Below are positions 26,932-38,413 of a stretch of DNA of 64,000 bases, one piece after another. Source of the stretch: Endomicrobiales bacterium (GTDB lineage: Bacteria > Elusimicrobiota > Endomicrobiia > Endomicrobiales > CAWCFT01); NCBI GenBank assembly GCA_963794945.1, contig CAWCFT010000015.1, positions 121,454 through 185,453 of the forward strand. Direction: 5' to 3'. Position numbers and translations under genes: made by a program. How positions within the stretch are numbered: the stretch's first letter is position 1; every line of letters starts with the position of its first letter. Under the pieces are notes generated by a model. It worked only from the letters and a program-made list of their open reading frames with translations, had not been told where the DNA came from and did not search any database.

Positions 26932-29900
26932 TTATCTTAGGACAGCTATTTTCTTAGTTACATTCAAGCCGGGGCCTTTAATGCTGGCGACATATCCCCC
27001 CGAAGAGGTATTTTTTGGTATCCATTCAAACATTCCGCTTGAAACATTGTCCTGGGTATCCTGCCAGATCAATATACCGGTCAAACTGAATATTCTGCAT
27101 TCGTATTTGCCTGTTTGAGAACCCTGGAAATATATCTTTGCAGTATCTCCCTGATCCGGGTTTATTACACCCCTGTTCTTCGTTGATCCTATGACGATGA
27201 TCCCGCCGGACTTTATCCTGTCCATTATTATTGTATAGCTTGAAACAGCACAATAAGTTACAGTGGAAGTTTCATTTGAATAAAATGAATCGGTATATGC
27301 GTTTGTCGCTTTGACCCTGTAATAATATGTCGCTCCAGCGTTCAGGCCGGCATCGGCATAATTGGTAGCGTTTGCGCCAGCCGTTGTTATCTGTGAATAA
27401 ACTCCGGAAACCGAAAGTTTTCTTTCGATCTTAAACCCGGTGTCGTTATTTGAATTACTTATCCACGCAAGGGTTATTGTTGACGAAGACACCGCCGTTG
27501 CGGTCAAGTTAGAAGGAGCACACATAAACCAAACTGTATATGTTGCAGTGCACGCAACATTGCTGCACGCTGAATCCCCGCCGGCGTTTGTCGCTTTAAC
27601 ACGGTAATAATAGGAAGTTGAAGCGGACAAGGCAGTATCGGTATATACCGCAACACCTGCGCCTGTTAAAAATATTTGATTGAAATTACTTCCAGGAACC
27701 GTGCTGCGTTCGACCTTGAAACCGGTCTCGTTTGCTGAATTATCGGTCCAAGCAAGGCTTATTGCAGATGAAGATACAGCCGTCGCGGCTAAATTAGAAG
27801 GCGCTAAAGGCACGAGAGGGTATGTTATAGTAGAAGATACATTACTGTAAGCCGAATCCCCGCCGGCATTTGTGGCCCTGACACGGTAATAATACATTGA
27901 CTGCGCCGATAACCCGGCATCGGTATATCCTACAACATTAGCTGTCGTGAGGTATATCTGGCTGTAATTACTGCCGGAAACTATACTTCGTTCTATTTTA
28001 AACCCGGTTTCATTGGTTGAATTATCTGTCCAGGCAAGGTTAATTGCGGCCGAAGATACGGCCGTAGCCGTTAAATTCGATGGGGCCGCCGGAATTGCCG
28101 GATATGTTGAAGTGGATGCCACATTACTATATGCCGAATTCCCGTTGGCATTATACGCATACACCCGGTAATAGTAATTAGATGATGCCGCCAGGCCGGT
28201 ATCGGTATATGTGACAAAATTCATTCCAACCGAATTTACAGTGCTGAAAAGCCTGTTAGAATAAAAACTGCGCTGGATTACGAACCCTGCTTCATTGGAC
28301 GAATTATCTGTCCAGGTGAGGCTTACTGTAGATGAAGACACCGGCACAACTGTTAAATTGGACGGGGCGTATATTAAAGTAGCAGAAAATGTCTCAGTGG
28401 ACGCTACATTGCTGTACGCAGAATTTCCTCCGCTATTGAATGCATCGACTTGATAATAATAAGTAATCGATGCGGACAAGGCATGATCGGAATATGCAAA
28501 TATATTCGCGGTCACTGTGGTTACTGAAACGTAATAATTATTCGAAACGGTGCTGCGCCATATTTGGAACCCTGTCTCGTTGCTTGCATTATTAGCCCAT
28601 GCCAGATTTATCGTTGATGACGAAACAGCCGCCGCCGTTAAACTTGAAGGAGGGGCTATGTACATCGACGAATATGTTACAGTAGATGCTTCATTGCTGA
28701 ATGCAGAATTAACGAAGGCATTTATCGCCCTGACCTGATAATAATAGGTGGTTGACGCGGACAAAGACGGATCAACATATCCGACTGCACTTGTGCTGCT
28801 AACATACACTTCACCGCCAGAATATGTACTGCGCCAAATTTGGAACCCTGTCTCGTTGCTTGCATTATTTGTCCACGCCAGGTTTATTGTTGTTGATGAT
28901 ACAGGCGTTGCAGTCAAATTAGACGGCGGGCTTATGAACGGAGGAGGATATGTTGCCGTGGACGCTTCATTACTGTATGCCGAATCCCCGCCGGCATTTG
29001 TCGCCCTGATGCGGTAATAATATGTAGATGAAGCGGACAGCGTTGGATCACTATATGCGACAGCATTAGCCACCGTTAAATATATTTGGCTGTAGCAAGT
29101 GCCGGAAACCGTGCTTCTCTCTATTTTGAACCCAGTGTCGTTGCTCGAATTGTTTGTCCATGCAAGGTTTATTGTGGATGAAGATACCGCTATTGCCGTT
29201 AAATTAGCGGGGGCGTTCATATACCAAGCTGGATATGTGACGGTAGACGCTTCGTTACTGTACGGAGAGCTCCCTACAGCATTTATTGCCCGGACCTGGT
29301 AATAATAAGTGGAAGATGCGGACAGGGTCGGGTCACAATACGCGACAACATTCGCGGTTGTTACAGCTATTTGAACTTCACCGCCAGAATACGTGCTACG
29401 CCAGACTTGGAACCCCGTCTCGTTAGTTGCATTATTTGTCCACGCCAGGTTTATTGTAGACGAAGATACTGGCGCTGCAGTTAAATTAGATGGAGCGCTT
29501 ATTACAGAAGAAGCGATAACTGTAAAACTATATGCAACCTGGGGCATGATATTGCCGGCAAGGTCTTTCGCGTTTATCGTGACATTTATCTGATCGCTGT
29601 AATTGAAATTTGCCGGAGAAGTATAAGTAACGGTATAATCCGCGCTTGTACCGGTTACCGTAGTATAGGGATGCGGGGATACTCCGTTGAAAACCGTAGA
29701 ACCGTTCACGGACAGCACTAGAGAGGAAACGTCGACGCCGCTGCTGTCGTCGAGCACCTGAAAAGATATTGTAGGCGGGCTCACCGCTACCCCAGTAGAG
29801 CTTTGTGGCGGATTAAAGGCAGCCGTATACGGCGGAGTTGTATCGATGAACGTCGCACCTAGATCAGTATACCAGTGAGCCGGCAGATCTACCTTGTTAA

Positions 29901-31257
29901 CTTCCATGGCACCTGTAGTGTAATTTCGCCAGTCCGAAGTCCAGTAAATCCTTTGGCCGTTAGTGGTAATTGCGGCATTTGGCTGGTCAAAATAATAGTT
30001 CGTATTACATATATTTTGTGTAAAGCCAACCCGCCAGAGCCGAGGATGGACAGTCGTTGTGCTTGTTCTTGTCTCGTCAAGTTCTACCATCATAAGCTGG
30101 TTATCAGCCCAATCACTATATTGAACACCATCTCCAGGCCCAGTACCTGAGTTTGAACCTGTATTAGGGCCGTCCCACTCTGTGTTCTGCCCATACGTGG
30201 ATATTAAACCCCAGCCCTTTGCGGCAATACCGGGGCATGAAAGATTGATATTTGAACCATTCCATCCGAAATCACCTTGATATATAACAGGGTAGGCTTT
30301 CTGGTTATCCAGTCTTACAAACTGCATGGTGTCTGTCCAATTTCCTACAGGCGAAACTGTCTGCTGCATAAAAAACACTATTTCATTCCCCTGTTTGTCA
30401 TAGCCGAACGATACATGTGGAAACATTAGCATCGGACTAAACCCGTTTGTAAATGTGTTAGAATAACACATCGGTGTTGTATCATATCCTACAAAAGCAT
30501 AATTGCCGGACTTGGACATATAAACAGCGTTTGGCGCGCTTGTTGTTGCCATTGAAGCAAGCACTACATCATTTGTCTTATCATACGTAAAGACCTCAGG
30601 GATATTTGTATTAGAGTTACCTATCATAAATATCCAATACCTGCTGTTTTCAGAGGTCTCGCCTTCATCTCCGTTCCATATAAAGTAACCGGCAGCAGCA
30701 TACGTCGGAAAATCATTGGCAAAATCATGTACCAGATTATCTGTTTGAGCAGCCACATCATAATACCTTAATTGCATGTTTTTCCTGTAATATAACCAGG
30801 AAGGGTGGGAACCTGAATTATCCCACCGCACTTCTGGCTGCTCCCATCCCAATCTCCCACATACGTATTTAGATTCATCAGACAACCGCCTGTGGAAGTG
30901 TATAAGTAATAGTCGCCACCATCTTGAACATTAACTTCACCTTCAAAAACCAGATATTTCCCATCACAAGATTCTGGGTTATATGTGGCATATTCAACAT
31001 TGGTGCCGAACGGCTCATCCGAATGGTTCTGTTGCCGCATTTGTCAAGCGTGTTACCGTTGTGTTGAAATAACTGTCAACGTAGGGGACACCTTGTGCGG
31101 GTTCTGCCTGCGTGGAATATATGGGCGTACCAGTCCCGTACGGAACCAGATCGTACGTAGAATAGTTAATTATGTAATTAATATCCTGGGCATAAACGCG
31201 CCCAGAAACAGCAAAACAACTCATTATAAATACAATAATTATGTGTTTTATTTTCAT
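26932..31257 (-). CDS. Large secreted protein: propeller-like domain, Ig domain, eight FN3 repeats and CTD-like tail; two frameshifts near the 5' end
   Basis: Signal peptide in 31015..31257, continuing via 30768..31040 into 26932..30885; eight P.NL..VSS..I.L.W repeats. Confidence 0.8.
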
Positions 31258-31459
31258 ATATTCATTTCACACGCAAATTATTTGGGGTATTTTTTGCTGC
31301 GATAAACCTAACCGCCATCATCCATATATAGGCTGCATGAACAAAGCGATCAGCATCTATCGTGGGTTATATGGTATGGAAAAGTTGGTATGCATAAAAT
31401 ATCACCAAATAATTGGGACGTTCCTTTGAACACATCCACAGAGTAAATATAATAAAATA

Positions 31460-33440
31460 TTACTTAAAAATCAATGCTTTCTTTTTAATATTCATATCCG
31501 GTCCTGTAATTACAGCTACATACTCTCCCACAGGCGGGTTTTTCACGGCCCAATCGAATACTCCGCTCTTGATATCATCTTTTGCATCGTACCAGGCTTG
31601 TTCACCTGTCAGAGCGAATATCCTGCATTCATACGTACCGGTATATTTTCCTTTAAAATATATCTTTATCCTGTATTCTGTTTCAGTTGTCTTGATGCCA
31701 GATGAAATTACGATCGCCGCTTCGTTTTCCGCTATTGTGTCAAAAGGGTCCACAGGAACAGCTACCCGGGTGAACGTAGACGTTTCATTCGAATATTCCG
31801 AATCGGAATCGGCATTGTAAGCTTTGACCCTGTAGAAGTAGCGCGTCATTGGAGCAAGCCCTGTATCGGCAAAAGTTGTTATATTAGGACTCACGGTGCC
31901 TATTTGAGTATAGCTGTCTGTTAACTTTTCTTTTCTTTCAATCTTAAAACCGGATTTATTATCAGAATTATATTTCCAACTCAATACTACCGAATTGACA
32001 CTGACTGAGCTGACATAAAGCTCTGAAGGAGCCGGCAGTGGAACTGCAGGGACAGGGGCTGGGTCCGCTATTTCAGCTTCGTGTACAATCTGCGGCTCCT
32101 GAACAACAGGTTCCGGTTCATCTTTAACTGGCAAAGACTGCGGCTTAACCGTATACGGCAGGCCTTCAAGGTCTTCATACCAATGCTCCGGCAGATCCAC
32201 CCTGTAAACTTCGGCGTTGCTTATCCCCCGCCAGTTGGAATTAAACCACAGCTTTGTTCCGGTCAGGTGCCAATCCATCTGGGCGTGCCCCTCATCAAAA
32301 TAATCGCCCTTATAAATATGCTGTGAGAACGTAACGCGGAAAATGCGTCCATCGGCCTTTAATTCAATGAGATATATCTGGTCATACGCCCAGGAAGAAT
32401 GAGAATTAGGCGTGCTGATAGTGTACATACCGGCCCAACCCGGTTTTCCTGTGTTGAAAAAATGGAATCCGCAGTTCCAACCCATACTTTTATGAGCCAT
32501 AATATTGTATTTTTCACCCGTAGCCACATCGCAAACCTGCATACGGTCGGTTTCATTGTTCTGTGAAACTACAGCAAGGTCTCCGTTTCTCATTTGCGCC
32601 CAGCACCAGTGTGTCGCGTCGTTTTTAACGGGCCAGGGCGAGCCGGTTGTCGTAAAATCGAGGTTATATGCGACCGGGCCTTTTCCGCGGTTATGCGGCA
32701 CATATTGCCAGTCGACAAGGACTTTAGAACCATCCGGTGCAACACTGACGCAATTGATATCATACGGGAAACTGGTCATCCTTCCAAGGATCTGGTTCTG
32801 TCTTCTTATCGTAAGTAACAATGCTCAATATTTTCCATGCGCTGTCTCTGACCTCAAAAGCCCAATATCTTGAATCCGAGGAACAATCGCCTTCTTCATC
32901 GCATTTGATATAGGTACATTTTGGATACTGCTGGCTGAAATCATGCACACTAACAGATGTCCCCAGGGGGTTCTGAAGCATTAACATCCATCCGCATGAG
33001 TTTAGGCCCACGGACATAATACAGCCATGAAGGGTGATTACTGCTCCCGTCCCACCTGGGTTCGGGGTCACCGTTCCAAGATTCCAGCCTGAGATCCTTG
33101 ATATAAACATTCGTAACTGCGTTGTAAAGAGCGTACTTAGCAGAAGCATCGCACATCATTAACAAAATATATTTCCCATCGGAACTGACTCCTGAAAAAG
33201 TAGAATATCCGGTGATCAGCCTTTTCCCTGTATACTTGTCGATTTTTTTATCACTTACCCTTGTGATCGTTGTATGAAAGACAGGATCAACATAAGATTT
33301 ATTCTTAGCCGGCTGCCTTGCGTAGAATACGGGTACAGGGTGTTTCCAAGCACATAGTTAAACGCGAATAATTTTAACTGGAAAAGTGTTATCATTAGAA
33401 GAACTGAGATAACAGCCGTTTTTAAATAACTACCGCGCAT
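31460..33440 (-). CDS. Paralogous secreted protein: propeller-like domain, Pro-rich linker, one FN3 and CTD-like tail; several frameshifts
   Basis: Fragments 33255..33440, 32950..33165, 32760..33149 and 31460..32821 share EPRWD..HPSWLYY, SRYW and VDLP.HWY.DL with the neighbour. Confidence 0.75.
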
Positions 33441-33454
33441 TTTCGTTCCTTTGC

Positions 33455-34069
33455 TTAAAATATATTTCGTTTCCAGATATTATAGATCCATTTTAAATAC
33501 TCGGTTTGGGTCTCCATCAGGCCGTCTTTAGATTTCCACCAGTTATCCTTTTTATACCAGCTTTCCTGCACCGGATATACCATTACCTTGATCCCCGAAC
33601 CGGCATAAACCTTTTTAAATGTGTAGTAGGCCCGCTTTGTATGAAAGGGTTCGCTTACAACGATAAGAGTCCTGAACTTGTTTTCTACGCAGATTTCTTT
33701 TGTCAGAGTAGCGTCGGTATGGGTAGTTGACGAATTAAGCACCAGTATGACCCTGTCTTTCGGCAGGCCGATCGTTTCAGCGTATTTCTGCGCCTGTATC
33801 GCCCAATGATAACTGTGAGCATACAAATATTGCTGGTATTCACCGGTAAATATGACCTTGTTCCCATATTTCTTAAGATAAAGATCGACCCCCTGCACTA
33901 TTCTTTCTTTCCTGCCGCCGCCAAGCACGAGTATGGCGTCTGCCGGAGAGATTTTATCTTGATAGACCAAAAATGCCCCGATCTGCGTCAGCCAATAGCG
34001 GTAAAACAGGGCAAACTGTGCGAGCAGAAGCATGAATATAATCAAGATCAGTAAAAGGCATTTTTTCAT
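33455..34069 (-). CDS. YdcF/DUF218 family protein
   Basis: ADAILVLGGG, S.TT..DA, VVSEPFH.KRA, EY.K. Confidence 0.85.
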   Translation of the reverse strand: MKKCLLLILIIFMLLLAQFALFYRYWLTQIGAFLVYQDKISPADAILVLGGGRKERIVQGVDLYLKKYGNKVIFTGEYQQYLYAHSYHWAIQAQKYAETIGLPKDRVILVLNSSTTHTDATLTKEICVENKFRTLIVVSEPFHTKRAYYTFKKVYAGSGIKVMVYPVQESWYKKDNWWKSKDGLMETQTEYLKWIYNIWKRNIF

Positions 34070-34109
34070 GTTAAATTACGGTATTTTGCTTACCGGCAAC
34101 GGATAAATT

Positions 34110-35300
34110 TTAGTTAGCTGAATATATTCTTCTCATCTTCTCGTAAACAATGTTCCAATCATACTTATTCATTGCGGTCTTTCTCGCGCTTTCTCCAAGG
34201 GCATGTATTTTTTGGGGGTCTTTGAGCAATTTTACGATTTGTTCCGAGAATTCCTTAGGGTCGTCAACTACAACGATGTTCTGCCCGGAAACCACATCAA
34301 TACCTTCGCTGCCGATAGAAGTAGAAACAATAGCTTTCCCCATGGCCATGGCATCGAGTATTTTTAACCTTGTTCCACCGCCAACGCGCAGAGGCACTAC
34401 AAATATCGCCGACCTCTCCACCCAGGGCCTTATATCATCAACGATGCCTGTTTGGATGACATTGTCTTGATAAACCTCGGGAACGATATTATTATTCGCT
34501 TTTTTCCCAATCACATAAAGTTTTATATCGGGAATAGCAGCAACTATATCTTGGAATATCTTTGCGAAGAAATATCTTAAGCCGTCGGAGTTAGGGTGCC
34601 AGTTCTGACCGCCTACAAAAATTAGTGTGTTCCTCTCGGGAGGATTTGTGCCGGGTTTAAAGAATTCTGTAGACGTGCCGTTCGGCACGACCTCTATCTT
34701 TGCCCGGGGAGACATCTCCAACAGGTCAGCTTTATCCACTTCCGAGACAACTATTGTACAGTCCAGCGCGTTGCATACTTTAGACTCATATCTTCTTAGT
34801 TTTAGATATTGGAAATAAAGGAATATTTTAGTCAGGACATGTTTCTCATGATAATAGCGCCTCAGCAATAGGCTCGATTCTATATTGTGCTCGACCATAA
34901 CTATCCTGGAGCCCTGGACCTCATTTTGATATACAGCGAGCGGCAGCAGGTCAAGATGCACGGCGTCGAATTTTACTGTTGATCTTAGTTGCCTGATCTC
35001 ATTTCGTATCTCAGGCTCGTCGTATTTGGCGCAAACGAACGGTAATGCCGAAAATAAATTGCCTGCAAGCTTTAGCGCAAGGTTAAATTTTGATCTATTG
35101 GCTCCAACCCTCACTCCCTTCACATATTTACACATAGTTTTGAGGTGTTCAAGCCCTTCAAATTCCTTTTCGTCCTGGATAAGGCTTAGCAGGTATATAT
35201 CTGCATATTTTGCGGCCTGATTAATGAGATTATAGGTCCTGAGGGTCATTCCTTCCCGCGGAGGGTATGGGCACTTAGTTGTAATGAACAAAAGTTTCAT
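34110..35300 (-). CDS. GT4 glycosyltransferase
   Basis: PYPPREG, HNIES, VVPNG, PLRVGGGTRLKILDAMA. Confidence 0.9.
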   Translation of the reverse strand: MKLLFITTKCPYPPREGMTLRTYNLINQAAKYADIYLLSLIQDEKEFEGLEHLKTMCKYVKGVRVGANRSKFNLALKLAGNLFSALPFVCAKYDEPEIRNEIRQLRSTVKFDAVHLDLLPLAVYQNEVQGSRIVMVEHNIESSLLLRRYYHEKHVLTKIFLYFQYLKLRRYESKVCNALDCTIVVSEVDKADLLEMSPRAKIEVVPNGTSTEFFKPGTNPPERNTLIFVGGQNWHPNSDGLRYFFAKIFQDIVAAIPDIKLYVIGKKANNNIVPEVYQDNVIQTGIVDDIRPWVERSAIFVVPLRVGGGTRLKILDAMAMGKAIVSTSIGSEGIDVVSGQNIVVVDDPKEFSEQIVKLLKDPQKIHALGESARKTAMNKYDWNIVYEKMRRIYSAN

Positions 35301-36145
35301 TTCTGTTTCCTTTTCTTGAGAGAGTTGACTTGAAATATTGCATCATAAACGCGTTTATATGTTTTTTCTCCGATACAGCTACGTACAGATTGCTTTACAA
35401 ACTTTGCAAATACTAATTTATTGATTGAAAATGGGTCCGCTTTTATAATCTTTTCGAAATCATCAATAGAGAGCGCCTTATTTATGTTTATTCTATTAAA
35501 AAGGAACTGCTGCGTGGCGGGAGTGTTTAGTCCGGCCCGGGATGAACAGCCTCCTATATACCCGGACCGCAGAGCTAGCTCTTTAAATGTTTTGCCGTAG
35601 CTGCCGTGAGGGAGAGATATAAAATCGATGTTGATTTTGAGTTTGCTTTCCAAAAGCCTCTTCGACTCGCTCAGCTCGTGCAGTATCTCTTTTTCTCCGA
35701 GCTGCTTAAGAAAGCGATGTGTTAGAGTATGGGATTGGATCGACATCCCGGCATCGGCCATTTCCTTCAGCTGTTTCCAACTCATCATGTTTTGTTCGCC
35801 AACAAGGCCGGCGGCCACGAAGATTGTCGCTGTAAACCCGAATTCCTTCAGGATAGGCAAGGCAAAAAGATAGTTGCCTATATACCCGTCATCAAATGTG
35901 ATTACTACCAGTTTTTCCGAGCCGCTAACTGCCAATGACCCGTTGAAATAATCCGTTAGCTGATACAAAGATATGGTCCTAAAACCATTTTTCTTTAAAG
36001 TTGCCATCTGGTCACGAAAAGCTGCTTCCCTGAGGAAATACGGCCCCACTGAATTCTTATAAGATGTTTCCGCAGTGGAATCGGCCCTAGTAATTTCGTG
36101 ATACATAAGAATGGGGACTGCGCCAGCTCTATTCATTTTACCCAT
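35297..36145 (-). CDS. Polysaccharide deacetylase (CE4/NodB-like)
   Basis: PILMYH, ITFDDG, SHTLTH. Confidence 0.9.
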   Translation of the reverse strand: MGKMNRAGAVPILMYHEITRADSTAETSYKNSVGPYFLREAAFRDQMATLKKNGFRTISLYQLTDYFNGSLAVSGSEKLVVITFDDGYIGNYLFALPILKEFGFTATIFVAAGLVGEQNMMSWKQLKEMADAGMSIQSHTLTHRFLKQLGEKEILHELSESKRLLESKLKINIDFISLPHGSYGKTFKELALRSGYIGGCSSRAGLNTPATQQFLFNRININKALSIDDFEKIIKADPFSINKLVFAKFVKQSVRSCIGEKTYKRVYDAIFQVNSLKKRKQK

Positions 36146-37269
36146 GTTACCTTTTGTGACCTGTTGAAATAAAATAACATCCCTTTAAGTGCGTCTATAT
36201 TCAACGCGCAGAATGCATATGGTATAGTAAACAACTTCAACTCTGATCCGATCAGTTTTGAACCGAATAAAGCGCACAGATAGAAAAATACCTGCAAAAT
36301 AAATATAAAAACGTACAAATGCTCATTTAAGGCAAATATATTAGAAGCAAATGCCAGGATCAAAAAAAATGGCACAACAACTCTCAAAACCTTGTGCGAT
36401 ATGAGTTGAAACGCTATTCTGCTAGCGAATGGGTTCAACATATCACTGCATTTAAAAAATATCTGCCAGTTCCCGGCAAGCGTCCGAACCTTTCTTCTGG
36501 ATTCAGTCTCCCTTGACGTTGAAACCTCATCGTAAGCCACGGCGAGCTGTTCGAAAATTGAGCGAAATCCTTTTTTAACCGTCATAAGCGGTATAAAGAC
36601 ATCGTCTAGTAGTGTATCACTATCCGACCGCGTGAACAAATCCTTCCTGATCGCATATATGGCGCCTGTCGCGCCTATCATAGAGTCAACACTGCTTTCG
36701 CATTTTCTTATGAACTTCTCATATTTCCAGTACGCGCCCAGGCTGTCCCCGAATTTATTGGTACCGCTATTTTTGAGAATAAGAGCCCCGCTGACGCAAC
36801 CGATGGACGTATCTGCAAAATTCCTAACAAGTTCAAGTATGGCATTATTTTCAAATACCTGCCTCGCGTCGGCGAAAACGATTATCTCACCTCTTGCTTC
36901 AGCAACGATACGGTTCAGAACATTTACTTTTCCTTCTCTTGAGCTGAATTTGTAGCATCTTACTCTTTCAGAACTATTTTTGTCCAAGATCTCATTTGTT
37001 CTGTCGGATGAGCCATCCGAGCCGATCAGTATTTCCAGCTTTTCCTCCGGGTAATCAAGTTCAAGGCAATTATGTATCTTTCTTTCAATTGACGCTTCCT
37101 CATTATAAGCGGCTATAACTATACTGACAGAGGGCAGGATATCAGCTTTTTTAACCGGTCTATTGAAAAGCACGCTCATGGCCCATATAATGAGCGGATA
37201 TAGGACATAAGTATATAGAATAACTAAAATCGAAATAATAAAGACTGCCTTAAAGAACATATAATTCAT
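36133..37269 (-). CDS. GT2 glycosyltransferase with C-terminal TM helices
   Basis: AAYNEE, SDGSSD, FADA, LLDD, RKVRTLAG. Confidence 0.9.
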   Translation of the reverse strand: MNYMFFKAVFIISILVILYTYVLYPLIIWAMSVLFNRPVKKADILPSVSIVIAAYNEEASIERKIHNCLELDYPEEKLEILIGSDGSSDRTNEILDKNSSERVRCYKFSSREGKVNVLNRIVAEARGEIIVFADARQVFENNAILELVRNFADTSIGCVSGALILKNSGTNKFGDSLGAYWKYEKFIRKCESSVDSMIGATGAIYAIRKDLFTRSDSDTLLDDVFIPLMTVKKGFRSIFEQLAVAYDEVSTSRETESRRKVRTLAGNWQIFFKCSDMLNPFASRIAFQLISHKVLRVVVPFFLILAFASNIFALNEHLYVFIFILQVFFYLCALFGSKLIGSELKLFTIPYAFCALNIDALKGMLFYFNRSQKVTWVK

Positions 37270-37278
37270 ACCTGTCCT

Positions 37279-38391
37279 CTAATTATAGAGCTTCGAATAC
37301 AGGCTTGTGTATTCTCTGCTCATATTTTCAGATGAATACTCATTTACAACTTTTCTATAGGCATTTCCGGCTAAAAGTACCGACAAACTCTCGTCGTTAA
37401 GCAAACTTACCATAGCCTTATGTAAACCATCTGTATCTCCAGGCTTTACAAGTATGCCTGTTTGCCCATTAATTATTAATTTGGGTATGTCTCCGGTTTC
37501 CGAAGCGATGATGCATTTACCAGAAGCCATTGCTTCCAATAATGCTATAGGCATTCCTTCTACTAGCGAAGGCAGCACAAAAATATCTATTATACTCAAC
37601 ACTCTGGGAATATCTTTTCTTACGCCCGCAAAAACAACTTTATCACTGATACCGAGAACCCGTGCGGCCTGTTCGAGGCCGCTCCTAAGCGGCCCGTCCC
37701 CGGCTATCAGAAGCTTTGTTCCGGGAACACTTTCCATGACCCTCTTGGCAGCCTCCAGAAGATGGATGTGACCTTTTTCCTGCGACATCCTGCCTACCGT
37801 GCCGATTATCTTGTCGCCCGGGGAAAAACCGAGCTCTTTTCGAAGGTTTTCATCCTTTTTCCCGCTCGAAAATCGCTCCAAACCGATACCGTTGCTGATA
37901 GTTGATATTTTTTTGAGCGGTATACCGGAACTGATAAGTTCGTTCTTTATGTCGCCTGAAACTGCCACTATGGCATCAAAGAAGCGAAGCAGTATTTTAT
38001 CGATGACAGAGTATACTATAAGAGTGCGGTCCGTCTTTATCCAGTTGTGAACAGTGGACACCTTTTTGACCTTAGAAAATACGGTTGCCGTCAAACCGTA
38101 CATATTTGATTTATATCCGTGGCAGTGAATGATATCGATGTTTTGAGTTGACGCGAATCTGCGAATTTCCGATACAGTAATAAGATCGAACCTGCCGCCG
38201 CATTTGAAAAGTACAGCGGGGAGTTTCTTTTCTATAGCGGCTTCATAAAGCTCAAGATGTGGATTGTGAAGGTTATTTAGAACACCGATAGTGGCCTGCG
38301 TTGCACCGCCGTTCATCTTAAGACATAGTTCGAGTGCAACATTTTCAGCGCCAAAATATCCTATACTGCTAATTAAGTGAAGTATCTTCAG
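37279..38391 (-). CDS. GT4 glycosyltransferase (extended to an in-frame CTG start)
   Basis: LKILHLISS.GYFGAE N-terminus is in frame; AGGAG RBS; EGMPIALLEAMA. Confidence 0.88.
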   Translation of the reverse strand: MKILHLISSIGYFGAENVALELCLKMNGGATQATIGVLNNLHNPHLELYEAAIEKKLPAVLFKCGGRFDLITVSEIRRFASTQNIDIIHCHGYKSNMYGLTATVFSKVKKVSTVHNWIKTDRTLIVYSVIDKILLRFFDAIVAVSGDIKNELISSGIPLKKISTISNGIGLERFSSGKKDENLRKELGFSPGDKIIGTVGRMSQEKGHIHLLEAAKRVMESVPGTKLLIAGDGPLRSGLEQAARVLGISDKVVFAGVRKDIPRVLSIIDIFVLPSLVEGMPIALLEAMASGKCIIASETGDIPKLIINGQTGILVKPGDTDGLHKAMVSLLNDESLSVLLAGNAYRKVVNEYSSENMSREYTSLYSKLYN

Positions 38392-38413
38392 ATATTTTTC
38401 TCCTAGCTATAAC

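Noticed and set aside
27250..29500. Long DNA repeats that might suggest a CRISPR array or DGR
   Set aside because: They are the coding FN3 repeats (~95 aa period); there are no spacers, cas genes or reverse transcriptase
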